The notes below the pieces were generated by a model that made no database searches, was not told where the DNA came from, and worked only from the letters and a program-made list of their open reading frames with translations. Both the position numbers and the translations under genes were made by a program. A stretch of 64,000 nt of DNA, from positions 5,548 to 69,547 of the forward strand of contig DAPM01000017.1 in assembly GCA_002502135.1 (NCBI GenBank), given 5' to 3'. Shown here in pieces: positions 37,760-47,432 of the stretch. The stretch's first letter is position 1; every line of letters begins with the position of its first letter. The DNA is from an archaeon UBA543. Its GTDB lineage: Archaea > Undinarchaeota > Undinarchaeia > Undinarchaeales > UBA543.

Positions 37760-38790
37760 TTTAACATATCCTCCACAATAACTTCATTTTTTGGAACGTC
37801 CCTTGCTGCTGTTTTTCCAACAACTTCCTCTACTCGCAGGAAGGGCAAGTCTTTTTCAACTCTTTTGAGATGAATATCATCAATTTTAATTTCGTCTCCA
37901 GCTTTCAGGTCTTTCTGAGCTAGAATGTGCTTTCTTACAAGTTTTCTGTACTCTTTCTCGCCGTCATTCAGAACATATTCTTTGCTTCCCAAACTCTTCT
38001 CAACTCTTCGCACATATTCCACGAACTTTTTGAACTCATCAGGATTCAAGGATGACTGGTAATCCACTCCTTTCTGGCTTCTGTCCCAAGTAATGTGCTT
38101 TTCCATTATCACTGCATTCATTCCCATTGGCATAAGTGGATATGGAACTGCAAGCTCATCATCACCATCAAGATGTCCCGCATAACCTACAGGCAATCCG
38201 AACTTCTCTTGAATCATTCTAATCCGCTCAAGATTTGTGTCCTCTAATTTTGTAGGGAAGTTCTGGAACCCGTGCATGATTGCGATTTCAGTTGCTCCAT
38301 ATTCCTTTGCTTTAGCAACAGCGTACTCTGCATCATCTAAGCTTGCGCCACCAACGTAAAGGAACACTGGTTTTCCTGTTTCAGCAACTTTTTTGATTAA
38401 AATTGAGTTTGTAATATCTGAGGAATGGATTTCATAAGCATCCAGATTGAATTGTTCCATATCTGCAAGGCTGGTTTCGCCAAAAACATCTGCAAAGACC
38501 ATTAATCCAAGATCTTTTGCATATTCAACAAGTCCTTTCCATTCATCAATTGGCATTTCACACTTTTTCAGAATTTCATAATATGAATATCCCGGTACTG
38601 AAATCTCATCTGCAAGAATTCTTTGCACTTTGACTGCATTAGCTCCGCCATCTGCAGAAGCTTTAATTATCTTTTTGGCAATTTCCACATTCCCGTCATG
38701 AGCATTTGCCATTTCTGCAATAACAAGTGTGTTCCTGCTATTGAATTCCTCTCCTTTGATTGTTATTTTCGGATTGTACATTCTTCCCAC
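37756..38790 (-). CDS. NeuB/SpsE family nonulosonate synthase with C-terminal SAF domain, divergent
   Basis: IAEMANAHDG, AVKVQ, GYAGH, EKHIT and a SAF tail; GTG start. Confidence 0.87.
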   Translation of the reverse strand: MGRMYNPKITIKGEEFNSRNTLVIAEMANAHDGNVEIAKKIIKASADGGANAVKVQRILADEISVPGYSYYEILKKCEMPIDEWKGLVEYAKDLGLMVFADVFGETSLADMEQFNLDAYEIHSSDITNSILIKKVAETGKPVFLYVGGASLDDAEYAVAKAKEYGATEIAIMHGFQNFPTKLEDTNLERIRMIQEKFGLPVGYAGHLDGDDELAVPYPLMPMGMNAVIMEKHITWDRSQKGVDYQSSLNPDEFKKFVEYVRRVEKSLGSKEYVLNDGEKEYRKLVRKHILAQKDLKAGDEIKIDDIHLKRVEKDLPFLRVEEVVGKTAARDVPKNEVIVEDMLK

Positions 38791-38841
38791 CTAATTACTA
38801 TGAATTTTGATTTTTGCTTTAAATTGTTTATGATTTTACTT

Positions 38842-40686
38842 TCACAGCATGTTTTCAATGATCTTTGCAACTTCTACTGCTGCTGGTTTTCCCTTCTGCT
38901 TTACATACTGTTTTGCAAGTTCTTTAGCTTCTTCCGTTTTTCCTGTTCTAAGTATTCTGTCAAGTGCCTCACTTAATTCTTGCCCTGTTTTAACAATTTC
39001 AACCATTCCTTCTTTCCTTTTCGGGAAACTTGAAAGCGGAGCATTCATTGTGTTAATATAAATCACTGGCTTGCCATAAGCCATTGCTTCAAGTGCTACA
39101 GTTGATTTTGTTGTTACAAGAGCTGTACAACCTGCAAGAAGTTCTAAAAGATGTTTTTTTGTCAGTATGTTATTACTCACCCCATGCTTTTTCAACAGAG
39201 TCTTGTAAAGTCGTTCACTTTCTGCAGGATGAGGTTTTGAAACCACTTGCAAATTCCTGTATTTCTTTATTGTGTTGTAGAAAATATCATATGGGTGATA
39301 TGATGCACTTTCGGGAACGCAAGTTCCTCCAAAAACAATTATTGGTCTTGTTCTGTCAAGCCCAAGTGCAGTTAGCACATTATTTACCTTTTCCATACTG
39401 AGCTCCTTATTCTCTTTTCCTTCTGGTTGACCAACTGCAAACAATCGAGTTCTACTCACACCACTTCTCACAAGAGTTTCTACTGAAGATTGACCATATA
39501 CTGCCATTCTATCTGCATTAACTGGAACTCCTTTTGGTCTTTGGTCAAGAAGACCGTACCGCATTACAAAAGTTTTCAAGTTCTTCTGTTTTGCAATTGC
39601 AAGCAGTGTGTTTGGATATCTGCTCCAGTCATCAACACCACACACAATCTCTGGTTTTTCAGTATCAAGAATTTTGTTGAACACTTCAATTCTGATTAAA
39701 GTTTCAATAAATCTCTCGTAGAACAGGAATGAAAATAGTTTTGAGCAAACCGGCCACAACCTGACTCCTTTGTACTCGAATTTTGTTTTGAAGTTTTCAT
39801 TTTTCTCCAATTTGTCCAGAATACCTTCTAGTTTTTTCTGCAAACCCTCAATTTTTCTTATAATTTCTTTGTCAGCATAGTCTTGGAATCGCTCATATCT
39901 TATTCCAGCTTTCTTGAATTCATCTGAAACTTCTTTTCTAGGATCAAGTCCAACACACACCCTGTCACAATTCTGCAATTCTCTAGCCCATGGCAGAACC
40001 TTGTCAGTTTCACAGTGATCGTAGAAGAACAGAGTCTTAGGATCTTTAGATTCTGTTGGTTTTGGGGTTCTATTCTTCAAGCCTTTCAAAATCTTGTCAG
40101 CATGTCGACCTGTGAACAATTTCACTCCTCGGTCTTTGTTCTCATTGATTTTTCCAATAACTTTCAAGCCCATTGACTTTGCAACAAGTGCAAACACTTT
40201 CTGGTGCATACTTGAATTATTGAAAATAACAACCTGCTCAATCTTTTCTTTTTTCAAAACTCTAAATGCCTCGTCAATTGTTTTTATAATTGGAACCAGA
40301 TAGAAGCGCCATACTTCTGCAACATTTAAATTCCAGAGCTTCAAGCCCCTGTACTTCATTATTGAATCAATTCCTGCAATTGTTGATTCCATTTCTCGCA
40401 TAAACTGATAAGTATTATTCCAAGTTTCGTCATCCAGGAACTGTTCTGTTACTTCTGAAAGGCAGATATGAATGATTTCCTGCCTCTCTAGTTCCTGACT
40501 TGTCATGTAGTCAAGAGCAATTATTGAAATATCCTTGTATTTTTTCTCCAGACTACTAAGTTTTTGGTGCAGTCTTTTGAACATTACATCACTTTCACAA
40601 TCCTTTACAAAATCATAAACACCCCGAAGTGGGTGCGAGAACGCCATTTTCTGAACATCAAGTATAACTGCAGTTTTTTTTATCAT
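38842..40686 (-). CDS. GT-B fold CMP/CDP-donor transferase (sialyltransferase-like or TagF-like phosphotransferase)
   Basis: C-terminal KPHPAE and STVALEAMAYGKPV; located between the phosphonate and NeuB genes. Confidence 0.7.
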   Translation of the reverse strand: MIKKTAVILDVQKMAFSHPLRGVYDFVKDCESDVMFKRLHQKLSSLEKKYKDISIIALDYMTSQELERQEIIHICLSEVTEQFLDDETWNNTYQFMREMESTIAGIDSIMKYRGLKLWNLNVAEVWRFYLVPIIKTIDEAFRVLKKEKIEQVVIFNNSSMHQKVFALVAKSMGLKVIGKINENKDRGVKLFTGRHADKILKGLKNRTPKPTESKDPKTLFFYDHCETDKVLPWARELQNCDRVCVGLDPRKEVSDEFKKAGIRYERFQDYADKEIIRKIEGLQKKLEGILDKLEKNENFKTKFEYKGVRLWPVCSKLFSFLFYERFIETLIRIEVFNKILDTEKPEIVCGVDDWSRYPNTLLAIAKQKNLKTFVMRYGLLDQRPKGVPVNADRMAVYGQSSVETLVRSGVSRTRLFAVGQPEGKENKELSMEKVNNVLTALGLDRTRPIIVFGGTCVPESASYHPYDIFYNTIKKYRNLQVVSKPHPAESERLYKTLLKKHGVSNNILTKKHLLELLAGCTALVTTKSTVALEAMAYGKPVIYINTMNAPLSSFPKRKEGMVEIVKTGQELSEALDRILRTGKTEEAKELAKQYVKQKGKPAAVEVAKIIENML

Positions 40687-41381
40687 TTCTTTTTCTTTAG
40701 GAAGTCACTTCTAACAGATCTGTGCTGCATAATGAAATATGCAAACCAATACAGGTTGCCTACAACAGCCAGGCCCCATAACACCAGGTAAAGCTGGTTT
40801 AGCAGAGCCCCAACAGCAATAATGTTAATGTGCCACTGCCTTGCATAGAAGAATAGATTGTACCATTTCCCAAACCCGCTAAATTTCTTTTTAACTACTT
40901 TGTGTGGGATTTGGTTCAAGGTATAAAATCTTGCTGTGACATAAAATACTGTGAAGAAGTAAAGGCTGGCAAGTCCGAGAATCCAGATGTGAGTTACTGG
41001 ATAAATTCTGTATGCGCCAATTGTAATTGCAATTATCAGAAGTGGATCGAGTATTAAGTCAAGTGCCGAATCAAGATATCCGCCGTAATAGCTGGATTCT
41101 TTCCTGCATCTTGCAAGTTCGCCATCACAAAGATCAAGAATGTATCCGAATTCAAGCAGAACAGCTCCCCAGATCAGACATTTCCAAACTCCTGTTGTGA
41201 AAAGAGCAGCTCCTGCCATGCAAAACAAGAAACCGATAACAGTAACCTGATTTCCAGTAAGCGAAGTATGATTGTAAAGGAATGGAGTTATCCTTCTTGA
41301 GATTTTCCTGTGAACCCAATGAGTTATTAACTGGTCATTCTCCCTGTCAGGAACATCTTTTGTAGTGATTTTCTTTTTCAT
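40683..41381 (-). CDS. CDP-alcohol phosphotransferase family membrane protein
   Basis: TGNQVT and the DLCDGELAR...SYYGGYLDSALD signature. Confidence 0.92.
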   Translation of the reverse strand: MKKKITTKDVPDRENDQLITHWVHRKISRRITPFLYNHTSLTGNQVTVIGFLFCMAGAALFTTGVWKCLIWGAVLLEFGYILDLCDGELARCRKESSYYGGYLDSALDLILDPLLIIAITIGAYRIYPVTHIWILGLASLYFFTVFYVTARFYTLNQIPHKVVKKKFSGFGKWYNLFFYARQWHINIIAVGALLNQLYLVLWGLAVVGNLYWFAYFIMQHRSVRSDFLKKKK

Positions 41382-42097
41382 TTGAGTAGTTTAGGATAAA
41401 TTTCGTTTTTAGCTTTTTCCAAATCATCTGGAAAGTCGATTTCAATCCACGGAAGTTTGTCAGTTGGCACAATTTTTATTGGAAATCCTTTTTCTGCAAG
41501 ATTTGTCAGTGCTGAAGTGTCGTAATCCATGAATCTGCCTTCTGCAAGTAGTGATTCAATTTCTGGAATTAGTTTTTTCCAGCCTTCTGAACTGAATTTG
41601 ATAATTCCAGTCCATTCTCCGCCTGCTTGGTCAAGTGGAATTGCCTTACTGGATTCAATTAAGTGTCCTTTCTCATCCAATTTGACTTTCATTGACTCTT
41701 CATCAAAAACTTCAGTGTCTGTAACAAGAACAATATCTCCCTCAGCGTCAATCGCTTTTTTTATTAGCTCATCGTGGTAGAGCAGGTCGCTGTGCAAGTA
41801 AAGAAACGGCTCGTCTCCTACTGCTTCTTTTCCGAACCAGAGCGAAGCCATGTCATTTGTAGTTTCGTAAAATGGATTGAACAGGTGAGTTACAGAATCT
41901 CCAAGTTTCTCATGAATTTTCTCTTTTTTCCAGCCACTAACAATTGCAATATCTGTAATTCCGTGCTTTTTCAGATTTTCAAGAGTGAGATCGAGAAGTG
42001 TTTTTCCTTCAGCAACTTCTGTAAGGCATTTCGGAATCTCAGAATCATTCCCGTATAACCGGGTTCCGCGCCCTGCTGCAACAATTACTGCTTTCAT
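41378..42097 (-). CDS. LicC/PntC-like cytidylyltransferase (probable phosphonate activation)
   Basis: AAGRGTRL, PKCL, NPFYETTN, EESMKV, GEWTG and WIEIDFPDDL. Confidence 0.87.
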   Translation of the reverse strand: MKAVIVAAGRGTRLYGNDSEIPKCLTEVAEGKTLLDLTLENLKKHGITDIAIVSGWKKEKIHEKLGDSVTHLFNPFYETTNDMASLWFGKEAVGDEPFLYLHSDLLYHDELIKKAIDAEGDIVLVTDTEVFDEESMKVKLDEKGHLIESSKAIPLDQAGGEWTGIIKFSSEGWKKLIPEIESLLAEGRFMDYDTSALTNLAEKGFPIKIVPTDKLPWIEIDFPDDLEKAKNEIYPKLLK

Positions 42098-43047
42098 TCT
42101 AGTATTTTCTTGAAAATGTTAATCAAGTCCTCCTTTGAAACTTCTTTTGGATTATTATCAAGATGCCTTTTGTCTGGGAACACAACTTCTGCAAGTTCTT
42201 CAGCTGTTCCTGTAATCTCCACATTTCCTAGTCCTGTTTCTGTAATAATGCTTTTAATCTCTTGTGAAAGCGCAGGATCTGTTCCATTAAAGTCCATTGC
42301 GTGCGGAAGAACAATTGCAATTGCCTCTCCATGTGGAATTCCCTGGTTTGAGAGTGGATAAGAGAGTGCATGCGCAAGAGTTGTTCCAGAATTGCCGAAA
42401 GCTTTTCCAGCAACCAGACTTGCGTAAGACATCTGCTCTTTTGCCAATTCGTCACCTTCAATTGCTTTCTTGAGATTAATTTTGATTATGTCAATTGCTT
42501 CTTTTGCCAGTGTCTTGGTTGTTTCATCACTCTTTTTTGATTCAGAACATTCAACTGCATGAGCTAGAGCATCAATTCCTGTGCAGGCTGCGAGCTTCTT
42601 CGGCATTGTAAATGTGAGCTCAGGATCCACTAGCGCAACATCAGGAAGAAGGTTTTCGTTTTTAATTCCCTTTTTCTTGCCTTCCACTTTCAGGACAGCA
42701 TCATGGGTTACTTCACTTCCAGTTCCTGCAGTTGTTGGGATCATAATTTTCTTTGCATTTAGCTCCATTGCAGCGTATTTTGCAACATCCAAAACAGACC
42801 CTCCACCTAGTCCAATAATTGTGTCAGCCCCAAGTGCTTTAACTTTCTCAACAGTTTCCATACTTGGTTCTGGTTCTACATCTGAGAAGATTTTGATTTC
42901 ACCTAGAAGTGTTTTGATTTTGTCAACTGGTCCGCGTGTTAGCATACCTTTAGAAGTAACTAGAAGAACAGCGCCTTCTGTAAATTCAGGCAGTTTGCTG
43001 ATTGCTCCTCTTTCGAATATTATGTGCTCCGGCAGTATCAATTCCAT
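42094..43047 (-). CDS. group III Fe-dependent alcohol dehydrogenase, probable phosphonoacetaldehyde reductase
   Basis: GGGSVLD, PTTAGTGSEVT, DALAHAVE, HALSYP and PHG; divergent from ppd/pepM. Confidence 0.85.
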   Translation of the reverse strand: MELILPEHIIFERGAISKLPEFTEGAVLLVTSKGMLTRGPVDKIKTLLGEIKIFSDVEPEPSMETVEKVKALGADTIIGLGGGSVLDVAKYAAMELNAKKIMIPTTAGTGSEVTHDAVLKVEGKKKGIKNENLLPDVALVDPELTFTMPKKLAACTGIDALAHAVECSESKKSDETTKTLAKEAIDIIKINLKKAIEGDELAKEQMSYASLVAGKAFGNSGTTLAHALSYPLSNQGIPHGEAIAIVLPHAMDFNGTDPALSQEIKSIITETGLGNVEITGTAEELAEVVFPDKRHLDNNPKEVSKEDLINIFKKILE

Positions 43048-43152
43048 ACAAAACAGGTGTTTGAATTGGGTATTTTAAGGTTATGCAAGTTTATAGCACC
43101 GAATAGTTTATCACAACCTTAATAACCACTTTTCAGAACACAATTCTTACAA
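43048..43152. promoter_or_regulatory. divergent promoter region of the phosphonate genes
   Basis: TATA-like CTTAATA on + before 43153 and CTTAAAATA on - before 43047, each preceded by AAC. Confidence 0.55.
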
Positions 43153-43629
43153 ATGGTTAATACAAGTGAGTTTCTCGCTAAACTTTCAGAACTTGGATAC
43201 AATTTCTACGCTGGAGTACCTTGCTCTATTTTCAAAACTCTAATCAGCCAGCTAGAATCTGGAGATAATTACACACCAGTTACTCGAGAGGATGAAGGTC
43301 TTGGATTATGCACAGGGGCTCAGCTAGCTGGAAAGAAGCCTGTAATGGTTATGCAGAATTCCGGTCTTGGAAATTCAATTAATGTTCTGTCTTCACTGCT
43401 TCTACTCTACAAAATCCCGACACTCATGCTGATCAGCTGGAGGGGCGAGACAAAAGAGGATGCTCCTGAGCATTGGGTAATGGGAGAATCAATGACTAAA
43501 CTGCTTGATTCAATTGGTGTTCCGTATTTTATTTTTGAAACACTTGAGGATATGGAAAAAGCTAATGCAAAACTGACTGAAACAAACCAGCCAGTTGCAG
43601 TTATTTTCAAAAAGGGGTCACTTGAATGA
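43153..43629 (+). CDS. phosphonopyruvate decarboxylase alpha subunit (ComD-like split form)
   Basis: GVPCS, TREDEG, MQNSGLGN, SWRG and DAPEH; next to pepM. Confidence 0.87.
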   Translation: MVNTSEFLAKLSELGYNFYAGVPCSIFKTLISQLESGDNYTPVTREDEGLGLCTGAQLAGKKPVMVMQNSGLGNSINVLSSLLLLYKIPTLMLISWRGETKEDAPEHWVMGESMTKLLDSIGVPYFIFETLEDMEKANAKLTETNQPVAVIFKKGSLE

Positions 43630-44174
43630 AAACACAAGAAGCAGTTGCAAAAATAGTATCTCTTTTGAAAGGGGATGAAGTTATTATTTCTGCTAATGGT
43701 TTTATTTCACGAGAACTTCACGACACTGGCGACAATGAGCGGAATTTCTATATGATTGGCTCAATGGGAATGGGTGCATCAATTGGAGCTGGAATTGCAC
43801 TGAATTCTCAAAAGAAAGTGGTTGTTCTGGATGGCGACGGGAATGTTCTGATGAATCTGGGTGCGCTGGCTACAATTGGCAATAAAAAACCTGAGAATTT
43901 CCTTCATATTGTAATTGACAATGGTGTTTACGAATCAACTGGCTCTCAGAAAACTGTTTCTGCAACAATTGAGCTGGAAAATGTTGCAAAATCAGCTGGA
44001 TACACTACTTGTGTTAAAGTTTCTAATCTTGAAGAACTGGAATCAGCAATTGTCAGCGAGTACACTGGTTCGGTTTTCATTCGAGTAATAGTTGAAGCAG
44101 GCAAAAGAGAAGTTGGCAGAGTGCAGGCAAGCCCGGAAGAAATTGCAAACCGGCTCAGAACTTACCTTCCATAA
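43626..44174 (+). CDS. phosphonopyruvate decarboxylase beta subunit (ComE-like, ThDP binding)
   Basis: GFISRE, NFYMIGSMG, DGDGNVLM and DNGVYESTGSQ. Confidence 0.87.
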   Translation: MKTQEAVAKIVSLLKGDEVIISANGFISRELHDTGDNERNFYMIGSMGMGASIGAGIALNSQKKVVVLDGDGNVLMNLGALATIGNKKPENFLHIVIDNGVYESTGSQKTVSATIELENVAKSAGYTTCVKVSNLEELESAIVSEYTGSVFIRVIVEAGKREVGRVQASPEEIANRLRTYLP

Positions 44175-44207
44175 CTCTTTTAACCTAAAATCAGGACGTT
44201 CAATTCA

Positions 44208-45830
44208 ATGACCAAGGCTAAAAAGCTCAGAGAACTGTTTGAAAGCAAGGATCTTGTACGGATCGTTGGAGCTCACAATGGACTAACTGCAAAACTTGTA
44301 GAGCTGAACGGTTTTGATGGTGTATGGGCTTCTGGTTTAGAAGTTTCAGCATCCAACGCTGTTCCTGATGCTAATATTCTCACAATGTCTGATTATCTTG
44401 CAGCAGCAGCCAGCATGAATGATGCTACAAGCATTCCAGTTGTTGTGGACTGCGATACTGGATACGGCAATTCAATGAATGTAATCCGAATGGTGAAGAA
44501 ATTCGAGGATGCCGGAATTGCTGCTGTTTGCATGGAGGACAAGAAATTCCCAAAAACCAACAGTTTGCTTGAAGGCGGGAAACAGGAGCTGGCTCCAATT
44601 GCTGAGTTTGTTGGCAAGATAATGGCTGCTAAGAATGCTCAGGAGTCAGATGATTTTATGGTTATTGCTCGTGTTGAGGCTTTGATTGCTGGCTGGGGAC
44701 AGGAAGAAGCACTCAAAAGAGCTCGCGCTTATGCTGATGCAGGCGCTGATGCAATTTTTATTCACTCAAAAAAGTCTGATCCTAAAGAAATTGAGGATTT
44801 CCTCAAAGCTTGGGACAATTACAAACCAGTTGTGTTGGTTCCAACAAATTATCCTAGCTTCACAGAAGCTCAGATGAAGCAGTATGGTGTGAAACTTGTT
44901 ATTTATGCTAATCACGGAATCCGGACAATTGTAAAACACGTTAATGAAACTCTTGCAGAAATTAAGGAAAAAGGGATTACTGAAATTGATTCTAAAATCG
45001 CTAGCGTGAAAGACCTTTTTGCTTTGCAGGAAATGGATAAATTCAAGGAAGATCAGGACAAGTTTGTCAGAACAAAAGAATCTGTAAAAGCAATTATTCC
45101 AGCTGCTGGGGACAGAAGCGTTGAACCTAGTTTGAAAGAACTTCTACAGGACAGACCACTTACAATGATTGATGTTAATGGAAAGTCAATTCTGCAGAGA
45201 AGTGTTGAGAATCTGAAGCAGTGCGGTGTTGATGACATCAAAGTTATTGGCGGTTACAAGGCAGAGCATGTTGTTGCTGATGATATTAATCTAGTTGTGA
45301 ATGAGGCATATGCTGACGGGCATATTATGGATTCAATTTCAAAAGCTGGAGAGGAATATGCTGAAAAGAATCTGATAATCTACTCTGACATTATTTTCGA
45401 AACAGAAATTCTTGATAAATTGCTAAAAACTGACAAGGATATTACACTTGTAATTGACAGTTCTGTTAGAAAGTCTGAAGTCAGGTCTGATATTGATCTT
45501 GTAATTGCTGAAAAGCCTCCTTTGGACGGCGAGAGAGTGATTAATGTTAATAAAGAGAATAAAATTCTGAACATTGGAAAGGATTTGGACAGAGAGAAGG
45601 CAAAACACGAGTTTGTTGGAATAGTTCTGCTTTCAAAAATTGGAATGCAGAAGCTGATGCAGGTTTACAAGGATGCTGGAGATCAGAAAATGGGTCTCTG
45701 CACTGCGATTCAGAAGCTTATTGATTCTGGTGAGGCTGTTAATTCACTTGAAATCAGCAGAGGGTGGAGTGAAATTCACGATTTTGAAGATTATAAGAAA
45801 GTTTCTGAGATGTTGGCTACTGAAAATTAA
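44208..45830 (+). CDS. pepM: phosphoenolpyruvate mutase fused to a C-terminal nucleotidyltransferase domain
   Basis: GAHNGLTA, DCDTG and the diagnostic EDKxxxxxNS (EDKKFPKTNS); C-terminal AIIPAAG, YSDI, EFVG and GWSEI. Confidence 0.95.
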   Translation: MTKAKKLRELFESKDLVRIVGAHNGLTAKLVELNGFDGVWASGLEVSASNAVPDANILTMSDYLAAAASMNDATSIPVVVDCDTGYGNSMNVIRMVKKFEDAGIAAVCMEDKKFPKTNSLLEGGKQELAPIAEFVGKIMAAKNAQESDDFMVIARVEALIAGWGQEEALKRARAYADAGADAIFIHSKKSDPKEIEDFLKAWDNYKPVVLVPTNYPSFTEAQMKQYGVKLVIYANHGIRTIVKHVNETLAEIKEKGITEIDSKIASVKDLFALQEMDKFKEDQDKFVRTKESVKAIIPAAGDRSVEPSLKELLQDRPLTMIDVNGKSILQRSVENLKQCGVDDIKVIGGYKAEHVVADDINLVVNEAYADGHIMDSISKAGEEYAEKNLIIYSDIIFETEILDKLLKTDKDITLVIDSSVRKSEVRSDIDLVIAEKPPLDGERVINVNKENKILNIGKDLDREKAKHEFVGIVLLSKIGMQKLMQVYKDAGDQKMGLCTAIQKLIDSGEAVNSLEISRGWSEIHDFEDYKKVSEMLATEN

Positions 45831-46972
45831 AGCAATTTCTCAGCTGCTTCAACAATTTTTCTAGGTTCTAATTCAACAAGGCACTTCCTGTCCTTGCAAT
45901 TAAAATAATTAGCAGTAAAAGAATCAACACAAGGAATACAAGCCAAGTCTTTTTTCACAACAATAACTTTCTCACCATAAGGTTTTGCTTTTTCAGAATC
46001 TGTAGGACCGAAAATACTAACTACTGGAATTCCAAGTGCTGCTGCAAGATGCCCAGGCCCAGTATCTGTGCTAATGAAAATATCACAATTCTTAATCAAA
46101 GCAGCTGTTTCTGGAATAGTTTTGTCAAAGAACATCAACGGTTTCTCTTGCATCATTGCGTGAATACTCTTGCCAGCATGAGCTTCTTCTGGCCCACCAA
46201 CTATCATAATCTTTGTATTATGCTTCTTGGCAAGTTCAGTACATGCTTCTGCAAAGCCATGCTGAGTCCACTGTTTGTATTTGGTTTCATGAACTGAGCC
46301 GGTGTGCACGCCAATAAGTTTCTGACCTTCACCAAGTCCTCTGGATTTCAGAAGGTTTCGAGCACCATATACTTTAGCGTCTGGCAATTCAAGTTTAATA
46401 CTTCTGTCAATTTCTTTTTCACCAAGCATTTTAGCAATATCCAAATTCACATCAACACAGTGCTTGCTAGTGCTTTTAACAACAATATTTGAGAAAACTC
46501 CTGATTTGAAGAACCCGACGTTCTGCTCAACTCCAATCATTTTCTTTGCTCCAATGAATTTTGTAGCTACCCCGCTGAACTTTCCGCTTGGGTATGTTAG
46601 AATTGAAAGATCGAATTTTCTTTTTCCAAGTTCTTTCATGAATTTTCTTTTCTTGAAAATCCCTCTATGCTCTTCTGGATTGAAGAAAACAATATCGTCC
46701 ACTAGTTTGTTTGCCTGCATTAATTCAACAACTGGTTTGTATGAAGCAAGCAGAGTGATTTTTGCAGTTGGAAACCTTTTTCTTAAAGTTTTGAGCAAAG
46801 GAATTGAAAAAATCATATTTCCCAAGCCCATCAGGTTTACAACAACAATATTCTGAAAATTCTCATCAACTGGTCTGCTTCTTGCAAATAACAAATCCCA
46901 CGGAATCAAGAATTTCAAGGCTAGTATGTTCTCAAACATTCTAACATGCAAAGGAATTTTTATTTTAGACAT
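45827..46972 (-). CDS. GT9 heptosyltransferase (WaaF/WaaC-like)
   Basis: GLGNM, KQW, GGPEE and DTGPGHLAAALGIPVVSIFGPT. Confidence 0.92.
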   Translation of the reverse strand: MSKIKIPLHVRMFENILALKFLIPWDLLFARSRPVDENFQNIVVVNLMGLGNMIFSIPLLKTLRKRFPTAKITLLASYKPVVELMQANKLVDDIVFFNPEEHRGIFKKRKFMKELGKRKFDLSILTYPSGKFSGVATKFIGAKKMIGVEQNVGFFKSGVFSNIVVKSTSKHCVDVNLDIAKMLGEKEIDRSIKLELPDAKVYGARNLLKSRGLGEGQKLIGVHTGSVHETKYKQWTQHGFAEACTELAKKHNTKIMIVGGPEEAHAGKSIHAMMQEKPLMFFDKTIPETAALIKNCDIFISTDTGPGHLAAALGIPVVSIFGPTDSEKAKPYGEKVIVVKKDLACIPCVDSFTANYFNCKDRKCLVELEPRKIVEAAEKLL

Positions 46973-46973
46973 T

Positions 46974-47432
46974 TTAAAGTTTTGAAATTATGTCTGTTGT
47001 TGAATCACAATCAACTAACTTCAATATTTCCAGTCTTCCGCCATATTCTTCTAAAGCTTTTTTCTCAGGAACTTGTTCTGGGGTATAATCTCCGCCTTTA
47101 GCTTGGATTCCTGGTTTCAGCTCGCGGATAAGCTGTTCTGGAGTGTTTTCATCATAAATCACAACATAATCCACGCTTTCTAGGGAATCAAGCACTTCAG
47201 CTCGCTGATCCTGCTGAATTAATGGTCGTTTCTCACCTTTCAACTTTTTAACTGATGCATCGCTGTTCAGTCCAACAATCAGAACATCTCCGAGTTCTCT
47301 GGCTTCTTTCAAATAGCGAATATGACCAATATGCAGAATATCAAAACAACCATTAGTGAAAACTACTGTTTTCCCTGCTGTTTTCAGCTGGTCTACAGTC
47401 TGTTTTGCATCTTCTCTTGACAAAACACTCAT
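46974..47432 (-). CDS. rfaE2: D-glycero-beta-D-manno-heptose-1-phosphate adenylyltransferase (HldE domain II)
   Basis: VFTNGCFDILHIGH, GLNSDASV..LKG..RP, KGGDY and STT. Confidence 0.93.
   Translation of the reverse strand: MSVLSREDAKQTVDQLKTAGKTVVFTNGCFDILHIGHIRYLKEARELGDVLIVGLNSDASVKKLKGEKRPLIQQDQRAEVLDSLESVDYVVIYDENTPEQLIRELKPGIQAKGGDYTPEQVPEKKALEEYGGRLEILKLVDCDSTTDIISKL

Noticed and set aside
43153-44174. Coenzyme M biosynthesis (ComDE), implying a methanogen
   Set aside because: No comA/B/C is nearby; adjacency to pepM and the DAPEH motif favour phosphonopyruvate decarboxylase.
40683-45830. Fosfomycin-like antibiotic or methylphosphonate cluster
   Set aside because: No epoxidase, resistance kinases or MpnS/HEPD-like dioxygenase is seen; the context is cell-surface transferases.
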